NCBI GenBank assembly: GCA_951804945.1 | Contig: OX638161.1 | Coordinates: 1,178,001 to 1,242,000 of the forward strand | DNA: 64,000 nt | Reading direction: 5' to 3' | From: Podarcis cretensis | Lineage: Eukaryota | Shown: in pieces, positions 58,001-64,000 of the stretch | How the letters are laid out: each line of letters starts with the position of its first letter | Numbering within the stretch: the first letter of the stretch is position 1 | Notes under the pieces: generated by a model | What the model was told of the DNA's origin: nothing | Databases searched by the model: none | Seen by the model: only the letters and a program-made list of their open reading frames with translations | Translations under genes and position numbers: made by a program

Positions 58001-58805
58001 TGGCAAGCTTTTGTGTGATTTTCAAAAACCTTCAAGGCCTGCTTGGTTGGAAGTGAGGGTGAGGGGTGCAAACTGCGTGAAGGACCCATACCCCACTCTG
58101 ACCTCTCTTCAAAGCCAGACTGAGTTTCCATTCCTCCTCCTCTAGGGCTACCTCTGGGACAGCAACCAAGTGGTGGTGGAATGGCTTGAGAAGCAGCTGC
58201 AAGAGGAAGACGGGGCCAAGTCTGCCATCCAGGAGAACATCAAGTACCTGAAGAGGGATTATGCCCTCAAGCACATCCGAAAGTGAGTGTAAAGCGAGAC
58301 AGCAGGGGGGCTGCTTGAGGAAGCTCAGCTTGTTTCCTGCAGGGGCTGCATCTGGGCTATTTCTGGGTTGGAAAGAGTTGCATAGCAGGGATCTGGAGGG
58401 ATGACCGTCCAGTGCTTGGTGCCTGATTCACATTGCAATCGCCATTGCAAGTTGAAAGTGCAGCATGGGGCTTCTGAATGCCAGGGGCTAGAAGCCACGA
58501 GGGGAGGGGGGAGTACTCTTGTGCTTGGGTCCCGCTTGTGGGTTTTCCTTAATGGGCATCTGGCCAGCCGCTGTGAGAGCAGGATGCTGGGCTGGGTGGC
58601 CTCCCATGGGCCTGATTCAGCAGCCTGCATTCTTAAATGACCCCCTTCCTTCTCCCTCATAACACCCCCCCTTTGCAGCTTAGTTCAAGCAAATCCCGAA
58701 GTTGCCATGGACTGCATCATTCACATGACCCAACACATCACTCGTGCTCAGAGGGCCCAGATCTCTCACCTCCTGGCAACAATGGACAACCCTTCCTCCT
58801 CGTGA
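6296..58805 (+). CDS. ACACB: Acetyl-CoA carboxylase 2 (ACC-beta), complete multi-exon CDS, 52 coding exons, about 2458 aa
   Basis: Exon translations match eukaryotic ACC throughout: BC domain ([28 protein letters not shown]), biotin motif EVMKM, CT domain ([18 protein letters not shown]). ACACB rather than ACACA because of the hydrophobic N-terminal anchor plus long extension, RPSMS site, [12 protein letters not shown] segment, lack of the ACACA-type insert before REFPK, and FOXN4 downstream. An in-frame TGA lies immediately 5' of the ATG. All exon phases join in frame. Confidence 0.98.
7497..8075 (+). mobile_element. L2-clade LINE 3' fragment with (TTA)n tail
   Basis: [12 protein letters not shown]...[12 protein letters not shown]...[16 protein letters not shown]...[14 protein letters not shown]; ends in (TTA)n at 8035-8075. 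Confidence 0.85.
9205..9430 (+). mobile_element. tRNA-derived MIR-like SINE; related copies at about 10250-10430(-), 23170-23400(-), 24070-24300(-), 36630-36810(+), 41650-41820(-), 47460-47620(-)
   Basis: B-box GGTTCGAATCCCC and shared body cagccatgaagctc...caccttgagctcc. Confidence 0.7.
10480..11000. promoter_or_regulatory. Intronic CpG island / candidate internal ACACB promoter
   Basis: Very GC- and CpG-rich stretch with a (GGC)n run and GGGCGG boxes, in otherwise CpG-poor intron 1; judged by eye. Confidence 0.75.
10662..10780 (+). CDS. ACACB: Candidate alternative first coding exon of ACACB (anchor-less N-terminus)
   Basis: ATG in strong context (gcagcaATGG) inside a CpG island; [39 protein letters not shown]; 119 nt ending AG|gtcagt, phase 2, in frame with exon 2 (AG+A=Arg, then PSMS). 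No transcript evidence. Confidence 0.6.
14051..14183 (+). CDS. ACACB: ACACB coding exon 2 (AMPK serine, RPSMS)
   Basis: [44 protein letters not shown]; cag/gt boundaries. Confidence 0.97.
14741..14993. mobile_element. hAT (Charlie-like) MITE, 253 bp
   Basis: TIRs CAGGGGTCAGCAA / TTGCCTACCCCTG; 8-bp TSD TCCTAGAG (14733-14740, 14994-15001). Confidence 0.9.
15314..15452 (+). CDS. ACACB: ACACB coding exon 3 (BC domain)
   Basis: [25 protein letters not shown]...KANA; cag/gtaag. Confidence 0.97.
15533..15642 (+). CDS. ACACB: ACACB coding exon 4
   Basis: [37 protein letters not shown]; follows an 80-nt intron. Confidence 0.97.
16000..16245. mobile_element. Non-autonomous DNA-transposon (MITE) family; copies also at about 1340-1502, 39320-39520, 45690-45960
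   Basis: Shared ctgggaactgtagt/aactacagctccca modules and ...gtgtgaaggtggcc end; family assignment uncertain. Confidence 0.6.
16379..16460 (+). CDS. ACACB: ACACB coding exon 5
   Basis: [27 protein letters not shown]. Confidence 0.97.
17287..17385 (+). CDS. ACACB: ACACB coding exon 6
   Basis: [33 protein letters not shown]. Confidence 0.97.
17688..17736. repeat. (CAA)n microsatellite, about 16 units
   Basis: Direct reading. Confidence 0.97.
18299..18408 (+). CDS. ACACB: ACACB coding exon 7
   Basis: [37 protein letters not shown]; phases fit both neighbours. Confidence 0.93.
19409..19519 (+). CDS. ACACB: ACACB coding exon 8 (ATP-grasp glycine loop)
   Basis: [37 protein letters not shown]. 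Confidence 0.97.
20435..20742 (+). mobile_element. Short L1-clade 3' fragment with poly(A), inside a hAT-like remnant
   Basis: [14 protein letters not shown] resembles the C-terminus of the L1 ORF at 39916 ([14 protein letters not shown]); A-rich tail. Confidence 0.6.
22069..22278 (+). CDS. ACACB: ACACB coding exon 9
   Basis: [56 protein letters not shown]...MEQ. Confidence 0.97.
22303..22470 (+). mobile_element. tRNA(Ala-like)-derived SINE
   Basis: Head tagctctgtggtagagcac...ttgcatgcagaaggtcccaggttccatcccc plus non-tRNA body; related copies near 45115, 49750, 56590(-). Confidence 0.7.
23652..23822 (+). CDS. ACACB: ACACB coding exon 10
   Basis: [57 protein letters not shown]. Confidence 0.97.
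24638..25023 (-). mobile_element. Young CR1 3' fragment
   Basis: Near-identical to 3957-4328; (ATTCTATG)n tail; a further ~65-bp stub at about 35840-35905. Confidence 0.93.
25685..25846 (+). CDS. ACACB: ACACB coding exon 11
   Basis: [18 protein letters not shown]...[15 protein letters not shown]. Confidence 0.97.
26670..26833 (+). CDS. ACACB: ACACB coding exon 12
   Basis: [26 protein letters not shown]...[12 protein letters not shown]. Confidence 0.97.
27756..27906 (+). CDS. ACACB: ACACB coding exon 13
   Basis: [50 protein letters not shown]. Confidence 0.96.
28075..28178 (+). CDS. ACACB: ACACB coding exon 14
   Basis: [35 protein letters not shown]. Confidence 0.96.
28493..28574 (+). CDS. 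ACACB: ACACB coding exon 15
   Basis: [27 protein letters not shown]. Confidence 0.96.
29360..29505 (+). CDS. ACACB: ACACB coding exon 16
   Basis: [49 protein letters not shown]. Confidence 0.96.
30443..30593 (+). CDS. ACACB: ACACB coding exon 17 (BCCP start)
   Basis: [50 protein letters not shown]. Confidence 0.96.
30878..31012 (+). CDS. ACACB: ACACB coding exon 18 (biotinylated Lys, codon 30884-30886)
   Basis: [45 protein letters not shown]. Confidence 0.97.
31164..31310 (+). CDS. ACACB: ACACB coding exon 19
   Basis: [49 protein letters not shown]. Confidence 0.96.
31762..32021. mobile_element. Tc1/mariner (Tigger/pogo-like) MITE
   Basis: TA TSD; TIRs CAGTCATACCTCGGGA / TCCCGAGGTACCACTG; CpG-rich interior. 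Confidence 0.88.
32181..32369 (+). CDS. ACACB: ACACB coding exon 20
   Basis: [28 protein letters not shown]...[12 protein letters not shown]. Confidence 0.97.
32600..33150 (+). mobile_element. Older CR1 3' fragment
   Basis: [30 protein letters not shown]; degenerate gattctatg tail. Confidence 0.8.
33444..33544 (+). CDS. ACACB: ACACB coding exon 21 (followed by GC donor)
   Basis: [34 protein letters not shown]; donor AG|gcaagt. Confidence 0.94.
33968..34005. repeat. (AT)n microsatellite
   Basis: Direct reading. Confidence 0.97.
34407..34495 (+). CDS. ACACB: ACACB coding exon 22
   Basis: [29 protein letters not shown]. Confidence 0.96.
34598..34722 (+). CDS. ACACB: ACACB coding exon 23
   Basis: [42 protein letters not shown]. 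Confidence 0.96.
35255..35368 (+). CDS. ACACB: ACACB coding exon 24
   Basis: [38 protein letters not shown]. Confidence 0.96.
36440..36553 (+). CDS. ACACB: ACACB coding exon 25
   Basis: [38 protein letters not shown]. Confidence 0.97.
37561..37650 (+). CDS. ACACB: ACACB coding exon 26
   Basis: [30 protein letters not shown]. Confidence 0.97.
38103..38221 (+). CDS. ACACB: ACACB coding exon 27
   Basis: [40 protein letters not shown]. Confidence 0.97.
39109..39246 (+). CDS. ACACB: ACACB coding exon 28
   Basis: [46 protein letters not shown] (ACC2-type segment). Confidence 0.96.
39618..41194 (-). mobile_element. 5'-truncated L1-clade LINE with open 421-aa ORF2 C-terminal part
   Basis: [16 protein letters not shown]...HLWWTC zinc knuckle; poly(A) tail; 15-bp TSD TCTAGCCATTCTGTT (39603-39617, 41195-41209). 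Confidence 0.93.
41530..41632 (+). CDS. ACACB: ACACB coding exon 29
   Basis: [34 protein letters not shown]. Confidence 0.95.
42381..42488 (+). CDS. ACACB: ACACB coding exon 30
   Basis: [36 protein letters not shown]. Confidence 0.95.
43104..43160 (+). CDS. ACACB: ACACB coding exon 31
   Basis: [19 protein letters not shown]. Confidence 0.94.
43363..43404 (+). CDS. ACACB: ACACB coding exon 32
   Basis: [14 protein letters not shown]; 42 nt. Confidence 0.95.
43495..43710 (+). CDS. ACACB: ACACB coding exon 33
   Basis: [26 protein letters not shown]...RHSDLITK. Confidence 0.97.
43941..44096 (+). CDS. ACACB: ACACB coding exon 34
   Basis: [52 protein letters not shown]. Confidence 0.97.
44309..44548. 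mobile_element. Tigger-like MITE (diverged)
   Basis: TA flanks; imperfect TIRs CCGTGGTACCTTGGTTC / GAACCGAAGTCCCACTG. Confidence 0.7.
44785..44988 (+). CDS. ACACB: ACACB coding exon 35
   Basis: [27 protein letters not shown]...[11 protein letters not shown]. Confidence 0.97.
46082..46237 (+). CDS. ACACB: ACACB coding exon 36 (CT domain start)
   Basis: [52 protein letters not shown]. Confidence 0.97.
46785..46907 (+). CDS. ACACB: ACACB coding exon 37
   Basis: [41 protein letters not shown]. Confidence 0.96.
46987..47440 (+). mobile_element. Penelope-like element remnant with inverted pseudo-LTRs
   Basis: 163-bp perfect inverted repeat (47024-47186 / 47278-47440); 12-bp TSD ATTGGTTTGATT (46975-46986, 47441-47452); hammerhead-like motif typical of Penelope pLTRs. 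Confidence 0.88.
47346..47383 (+). ncRNA. Minimal type-I hammerhead ribozyme motif, core-mutated (GAAA to AAAA)
   Basis: GTAT-CTGAAGA-a-GTGTGCATGCACAC-AAAA-GC-TC-ATAC; mirror copy on - strand in the left arm. Confidence 0.7.
48370..48639 (+). CDS. ACACB: ACACB coding exon 38
   Basis: [29 protein letters not shown]...ANSGARIG...PAEPYK. Confidence 0.97.
49615..49712 (+). CDS. ACACB: ACACB coding exon 39
   Basis: [33 protein letters not shown]; AAG acceptor. Confidence 0.95.
49984..50104 (+). CDS. ACACB: ACACB coding exon 40
   Basis: [40 protein letters not shown]. Confidence 0.97.
50200..50310 (+). CDS. ACACB: ACACB coding exon 41
   Basis: [37 protein letters not shown]. Confidence 0.97.
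51002..51145 (+). CDS. ACACB: ACACB coding exon 42
   Basis: [48 protein letters not shown]. Confidence 0.97.
51479..51699. mobile_element. Tigger-like MITE
   Basis: TA TSD; perfect 12-bp TIR CAGTCATACCTC / GAGGTATGACTG. Confidence 0.88.
52072..52192 (+). CDS. ACACB: ACACB coding exon 43
   Basis: [40 protein letters not shown]. Confidence 0.96.
53571..53667 (+). CDS. ACACB: ACACB coding exon 44
   Basis: [33 protein letters not shown]. Confidence 0.97.
53985..54081 (+). CDS. ACACB: ACACB coding exon 45
   Basis: [32 protein letters not shown]. Confidence 0.97.
54481..54616 (+). CDS. ACACB: ACACB coding exon 46
   Basis: [45 protein letters not shown]. Confidence 0.97.
55095..55272 (+). CDS. 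ACACB: ACACB coding exon 47
   Basis: [60 protein letters not shown]. Confidence 0.97.
56014..56126 (+). CDS. ACACB: ACACB coding exon 48
   Basis: [37 protein letters not shown]. Confidence 0.96.
56763..56917 (+). CDS. ACACB: ACACB coding exon 49
   Basis: [52 protein letters not shown]; weak donor ACA|gttaag. Confidence 0.93.
57501..57671 (+). CDS. ACACB: ACACB coding exon 50
   Basis: [26 protein letters not shown]...[14 protein letters not shown]. Confidence 0.97.
58146..58282 (+). CDS. ACACB: ACACB coding exon 51
   Basis: [45 protein letters not shown]. Confidence 0.95.
58679..58805 (+). CDS. ACACB: ACACB coding exon 52 (terminal, stop TGA)
   Basis: [41 protein letters not shown]. Confidence 0.95.
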
Positions 58806-60396
58806 CTAGGGCATAGCTACAGCAGGAACAGGCACATGCCCACCATCGGCCTCCTTCAGACCTGACAGCCTCGTGGCCAAGCGGCGCAGCACAGAATGCA
58901 TCTTCAGCGCAGGGCTCAACCAGCAGTTCCTAGAGCACAGCCACGTGGCAGGCGCAGTGGAACGGGCCTTTGGAGGACAGCTGTCTGTATGTTACCCAGC
59001 TACTGGTGTCCAAGACAAGTCTCGCCAGGTGTTTTCACATCAAAATGTATTGTCTTTATAAAATAACAGTACCAGTTTTCAGTGACTTTTTTAAAAAAAA
59101 AAATATGTCTGTGATAGAATTGTGCATTGGGGAACAATGCCAGTAACCACTTCCAAACCAGTCTCCAAGGCCTTGGCAAAATGTTGTGTCACACAGACTG
59201 CACTGCAGCCACGCTGCACCACAGAACACATTGCAGAAATTCCTACAAAAAATGTTGCTGCTTCTTGGTTGCAGATGACGTTTTTAGCCCCATTTGCCTG
59301 ATGTAGGAAGTTTTGTCAATTTTCCTAATGAAAGGGATTATTCCGTCTCCCTCCATCATCCTTCCCAACTGCATCCCTCGAGCTCAAGGCAATTATGCCA
59401 GGGTCTGCCCACTTCAAAAGCAAAGCAGCATCTCCACCTTCGGTTGGAAACATTTGCCCATTTCCTGGCAGTGCCTAAGGCTGTGCCTCCATCGCCAACC
59501 TAGTGGTTCCATCAAAGGTTGGCCTAATGGGATTAAGCGGACGCCATGGCCGTTGGAGGCATTGGGTAGGTTGTGGGAATAGGCTGCAACCTGGGAATTC
59601 ACAGTGCATTTCAAAGGTGTAAGCACCTGGCAGGTGGAATGTATTGTAATCTGCATAATGTTGAGCATTGTAAGTTCCCCCCCCCCCAAGAAAACTTATA
59701 TAAGTGTGTAAAGGGCAAAGGTGGCAACCGAAGGGAAGTTTATGTTGCTAATCCTGTCCACTGTTGAGTGTTGCAGATCCTGACAGTCGCACTAACGTTC
59801 CAGTGTCCAAACCAGGCTGCCAAGGACTATTCAAGCCCAGGTGGGTGTTGAGGAAGATGTTGTGTTGAGTTCAGTGACAGGTGGGAGTTTTTTCTAAAAG
59901 AAAAAGAGAGTTCTGGTTTCTTCCTTCAAGGAAGGAAGCACCAAGTTCAAAAAAGTTGCTCTTTCTCCTAGCAAATATGTTAATTTATGTGCACATTGTC
60001 ATGGGGGGTGGTCCTCTACTGTTCAAGCGTCTAATAAAAACAGCTATGTTTACTAGAAATGATCCTCTCTGGATTTTATTTACAGATGCCACATGCATTT
60101 TGTCTCTTACCATGTCAGAGACTCACAAAACAGGTCTTTTTAATTCTCTGAGCATTTCCAACTAGATTTGTTCTTGGCCATAAAGCTATTTCCTCTCCAT
60201 TGCTCTTGTTCTGAATTGCAATCTTGATTTATTTTTGGACATACGTCTCTTCCATTACTGCCTCTAGCATTAATCCTTCTTTATTGTGAATTTTTTTTAA
60301 AAAATCATAAGGCCAACAGTAGTAAATTATTGGATGGCAAGTCATGTCATGTAAGCAGAACTGACATTACATTTTCCAAGGGAGGTTTCCTTAAAC

Positions 60397-60402
60397 AATA
60401 AA
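60397..60402 (+). terminator. Candidate ACACB polyadenylation signal (alternative AATAAA at 60033-60038)
   Basis: AATAAA about 1.6 kb after the stop codon, followed by a GT/T-rich tract. Confidence 0.5.
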
Positions 60403-60799
60403 AATTCTGTTAGTGGTCACTTTTCTGGTTTTCATAGAACCACAGAATCACAGAGTTGGAGGAGACCCCAAGGGTCCTCTAGCCCAGCCCCCTGCAGTGC
60501 AGGAGTAACAGCTAAAGCACCCCGGCAGGTGGCCCCCCCCAACCACTGTTTAGAAAGAGTCTACCACCTTTTGAGAAAGTTCTTCCTAATGCTTAATGAG
60601 AATCTCTTTTTATTTTTTGTAATTTGGATCCATTGGTTTTAGGTTAACTTACATTCCCAAACCTTTCTAAGATTGCGTGTGTTTGGGCAGGGGCTGCAGG
60701 ATTGCTATTGATGCCATGCTGTCCTTTTTCACTAGTGAAGACATTTGTGGGACCTTCCTGTGAAAGAGGTTGCTGATAGGCAGCTGGTGGGCTCAGCCA

Positions 60800-60919
60800 C
60801 ACTTCCGCCAGGGAAACTTGCTCTTTACTGCTGAATGGGAGCAAACATTTGTTGGGTTTTCCGCAGGTAGACACTTGCTCCCATTCAACACTAAAGAGCA
60901 GGTTTCCCTGGGGGAAGTG
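60800..60919. repeat. 45-bp inverted repeat (palindromic MITE-like element)
   Basis: Arms 60800-60844 and 60875-60919 pair at 41/45 positions plus 1 GU; 30-nt loop; related degenerate copies near 8560-8670, 25050-25200, 52600-52790. Confidence 0.8.
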
Positions 60920-61259
60920 CTGGGACAAGTGGACATGTGGGCGAGCCCTGGGTCTGCTGCGTCATATGAAGGCTTGACCAAAAAGACACCCAGGAACCCG
61001 AGAATTAATAGCAACTCCTGCTTTTGTTTTATATGATTCTGGAGTTGGTGAGGATTTACATCTGAGTAAAAATATCCATATGCTTGAGTTATCCCAAGCT
61101 GAAAAACCAACCCAGTCCAGAACATCACTTCTGCTGCCCTGAAAACAACAGACTCCCCATGCAAAACAGTGTGAGGAACCTCCAGCCCACGGGCGACTGA
61201 TTCTTCCAAAACTACACCCAGCTTTTCATCAGCTGATGGACAGGGGTAGGGTTCAATTC

Positions 61260-63353
61260 TTTATTGGCATGTGATTTCAACACAGTAAGACTGAGCAGGG
61301 GGTCAAATCCTGCTCTGACTCCTGCAGAGAGGAGGACTGAGCTGTCTGCTCATCAGCTGATGACAAGGGAGTTCAGTTCTGCTCAGGGTTGCTTTGCAGT
61401 CACCTGATGTCATTATGAAAATTGACGTGTGTGGTCTCACCTGCCTGTCACAGTTGGCCCCTGGGGGTGGGGGGAGATAAGCATCTGGCCTGCTGAATCA
61501 AAAATATTCCCCCCCCCCCCCGCTGTCAACAATAGCAGATTTGCATTACTTCTGGCAAAAGAGAGTTCCAATGGCAGCCCAGCCGTATGATGGGGCTCAA
61601 CTCTCCTGGCCATCTCTTTCTGCAGGGCTGCTGCTACCTGACACCTGCCTTGATCAACGTTCTCAGACTTGTGGTTGTGTAAACAAGCCCAAGAGAAAGG
61701 AACTTTCCCATTCAATATTTCCACAGTCTATAAAGAAGAGCAAATATTTTGTTCCAGATCTGAAAAAGACTTTATAAAAATTCTATCCAACCAGTGTTTA
61801 GTAAAACATTATTAAAAATATAAATATTACATCAAGGTTATACTGGCATCAGCAGACTAAACGTTAAATTGGAAGTTTTCAAATTTTAAAACCAGTTTCC
61901 AGTTTTTCCTCCTGTTGGTGGACCTATTCATTTATTTACCTTGTGACTAATGCTGCAGCCCTGGAAACACTCACCTGGGAGCAGTACGCCCCACTGAAGG
62001 GGGTGGGGTGCACTTCAAAGAAAAGATCCACAGGAATGAATTGCAAAAAAAGAGCCACAGTCCTTTTTCAGCTGTAGAAAAGCCCTATCGGTTAAACATA
62101 AAAAACAGTATTGGGTCTGGCACATGTGCCATTTTATCTCTAAGTATCCAAAGTACTTCTTTTAAAGTTCAGGTAAAAAAAGGGAAAGAACCTGACATAA
62201 AAGTTTTGCAGTATTTTGCTGTGCTTCTGAATAATTTAAGGTTTGTGTTTTGTTTTCCTGTCACTACAACAACATTTTAAAAAAAATTGATGCTGAATAC
62301 ACAATTCCTTTTTGTTTTCATAAAAATAAATTATAAATAAAATTTACAACAGTAATACTGCCTAGTACAATAATTAGGAAATACTATACACAAGTCTAGA
62401 ATATAAATCCTAAATTATTTCTCCTTTGTTTTAAAAGCCTAAGTTAATGTTTTATCCAGTATAAAGTTCCTTATTTTGTACAGCCTTTGCCAAGCTGACG
62501 CTCCCCAGCTGTTTTGGGCCACGGGTCCCATCCATCCTGGCTCACACAGATGTGCAGGTGGGGCTGAGGCTGGAGGGCACAGATTTTGGTGAGGGCTGAG
62601 CTGAGACTTTCTCTACCAGGGAACACGAGCCATCCTCCTCCCCCGAGAGGCAGAGCCTGGCACCTCGGAAGACTCTGCTGCCCATGGCCTGGACTAGACT
62701 GAGACCACCTGGCAGCTGCTCAGGGGCTTCCCAGAAGGCATGGCTGAAGACTGGGCAGAGGGAGGATGCTGGAGGGAAGGGAAGGGAGAGCCAAAGGAAG
62801 GGTCCAAAGCGAGAAATAGGAGCCTGCAGGGAAGGAGAGTAGCTGGATGGTGTGGCTTGAGATGGACAGAGGGGAGGGGAGATTCACCCCCTTTTGCCTG
62901 AAGAGAAGAGAGGCAGGGGGATCACTAATGGAAGTGAAGCCTCTGGGAACTGGGGAAGAAGGTCTGGGGAGGAACCACCAGCAGGCCCCAGAGTGGAGCT
63001 GGGGGCACACAGTTGCAACTAGTGATAGAAAGCTCAGCCAGTTGTGGCTTGGACTGTCACAAATGACAGAGCAACCCTAATGGGCTTCAGAACAGCCCAA
63101 GCATCAGCGGGTTGGGGTGGGGGGGCTTTGCTGAAATTTTGCAGCTTGCCTTGGAGCACACCAGGATCCCTTCACATCAGTTAGTGTCTTCAAGACTATG
63201 CATCTCACCAAAATCTCTTGCTTGGGATGCTTGAAGGAGCAGCAAGGCATGTTCTCCTCCCCAATGTAGATAATTTTTCAGGTTCAAATCACCCCCAGAA
63301 GGAACTGGGCTTCTCTGTTTCTCAGTCAGGCTCAAGGGACGGGAATGGCTCTT
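61260..63353 (-). other. FOXN4: Probable FOXN4 3' UTR
   Basis: Downstream of the FOXN4 stop; AT-rich, repeat-poor block at about 61700-62480; minus-strand AATAAA candidates at 61931-61936 and 61260-61265. True end unknown. Confidence 0.5.
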
Positions 63354-63610
63354 TCAGAGAAGGGCGATAGGCTTGTTTCCTTGGGCGCTGATGTATTGAG
63401 TGGCAGAGATGGGGTCCAGCGTTGTGTATGTTGTGTAGAGGCCTGTCACTTGCAAGTCTGAAAAGGAGGGGTGGTCAGTGTTGTTGCTGGAGGCAGGGGT
63501 GAGGCCAGCGGGGGCAAGGTCGCAGTCAGAGAGGGCCAGAGAAGAGTTGCTGAAAGCACCCAGGCTCTCCAAGTTGAAGCTCTCGTCTTTCATCTCTTCC
63601 CAGATGTTAC
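63354..63610 (-). CDS. FOXN4: Forkhead box N4, last coding exon (gene continues beyond window end)
   Basis: (G)[22 protein letters not shown]...[11 protein letters not shown]...[14 protein letters not shown] matches the FOXN4 C-terminus; acceptor ...tgaaaag at 63611-63612; convergent with ACACB as in mammals. Confidence 0.94.
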
Positions 63611-64000
63611 CTTTTCATAATAGGGACAACAACAGAGCAGTGAACATTGGTGACAGTTCAGCTTTGAGAAGGTGGAAGGTGCAAGAGAGGAGGATCGCGA
63701 AACGCACCAGTTGTCCACAATCACATTGGCTCTAGTGAGAAGAGGCCCATCTCCCTCCATGATGAAACCAGCCAGCTGTCCTAAGGAAGCCCATGAGCGA
63801 TCCCCATCTCAAACCTCATGAGGACCTACCTAGATCCTCACTTGGACCGGTATCAACCCCTCCACAGCTGAGTTCAAATCCCACATTAAAGAATGATAGA
63901 GTTGGAAAGGACCCCAAGGCTCACCTAGTCCAACCCTCTGCAAGGCAGGAATCGCAGCTGGAGAATCCCTGCCATCCAGCAGCCATCTCCACCCCCCAAC

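Noticed and set aside
6296-58805. Assignment to ACACA
   Set aside because: The hydrophobic N-terminal extension, ACC2-type exon 28 sequence, missing ACACA-type inserts and FOXN4 neighbour all indicate ACACB.
1-64000. CRISPR arrays, rRNA genes or prokaryote-type systems
   Set aside because: None seen; this is spliced vertebrate DNA and the periodic sequences are microsatellites or transposon tails.

Overview
Vertebrate genomic DNA from a squamate reptile; the repeat families suggest a lacertid lizard, which is an inference. The window holds the complete coding region of ACACB (acetyl-CoA carboxylase 2) on the + strand. I traced 52 coding exons from ATG 6296 to TGA 58803-58805; all splice phases are consistent and my sum is 7377 nt (about 2458 aa), including one GC-AG intron. 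The last coding exon and 3' UTR of FOXN4 lie convergently on the - strand, matching the ACACB-FOXN4 synteny known from mammals. Introns are dense with transposons: L2, CR1, L1, Penelope, solo LTRs, hAT and Tigger-like MITEs, palindromic MITEs and tRNA-derived SINEs. Main points of interest: (1) a CpG-island candidate alternative first exon (10662-10780) that splices in frame to exon 2, giving an ACC2 with no mitochondrial anchor and a weakened AMPK motif; (2) a strong-Kozak Met20 directly behind the anchor; (3) a Penelope insertion forming a perfect 163-bp hairpin that carries a core-mutated hammerhead ribozyme; (4) splice acceptors built from CR1 tails; (5) an intact sense-strand solo LTR about 0.6 kb upstream of coding exon 1. 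All coordinates were counted by hand. Homology statements rely on my recall of the protein and repeat families, not on searches.
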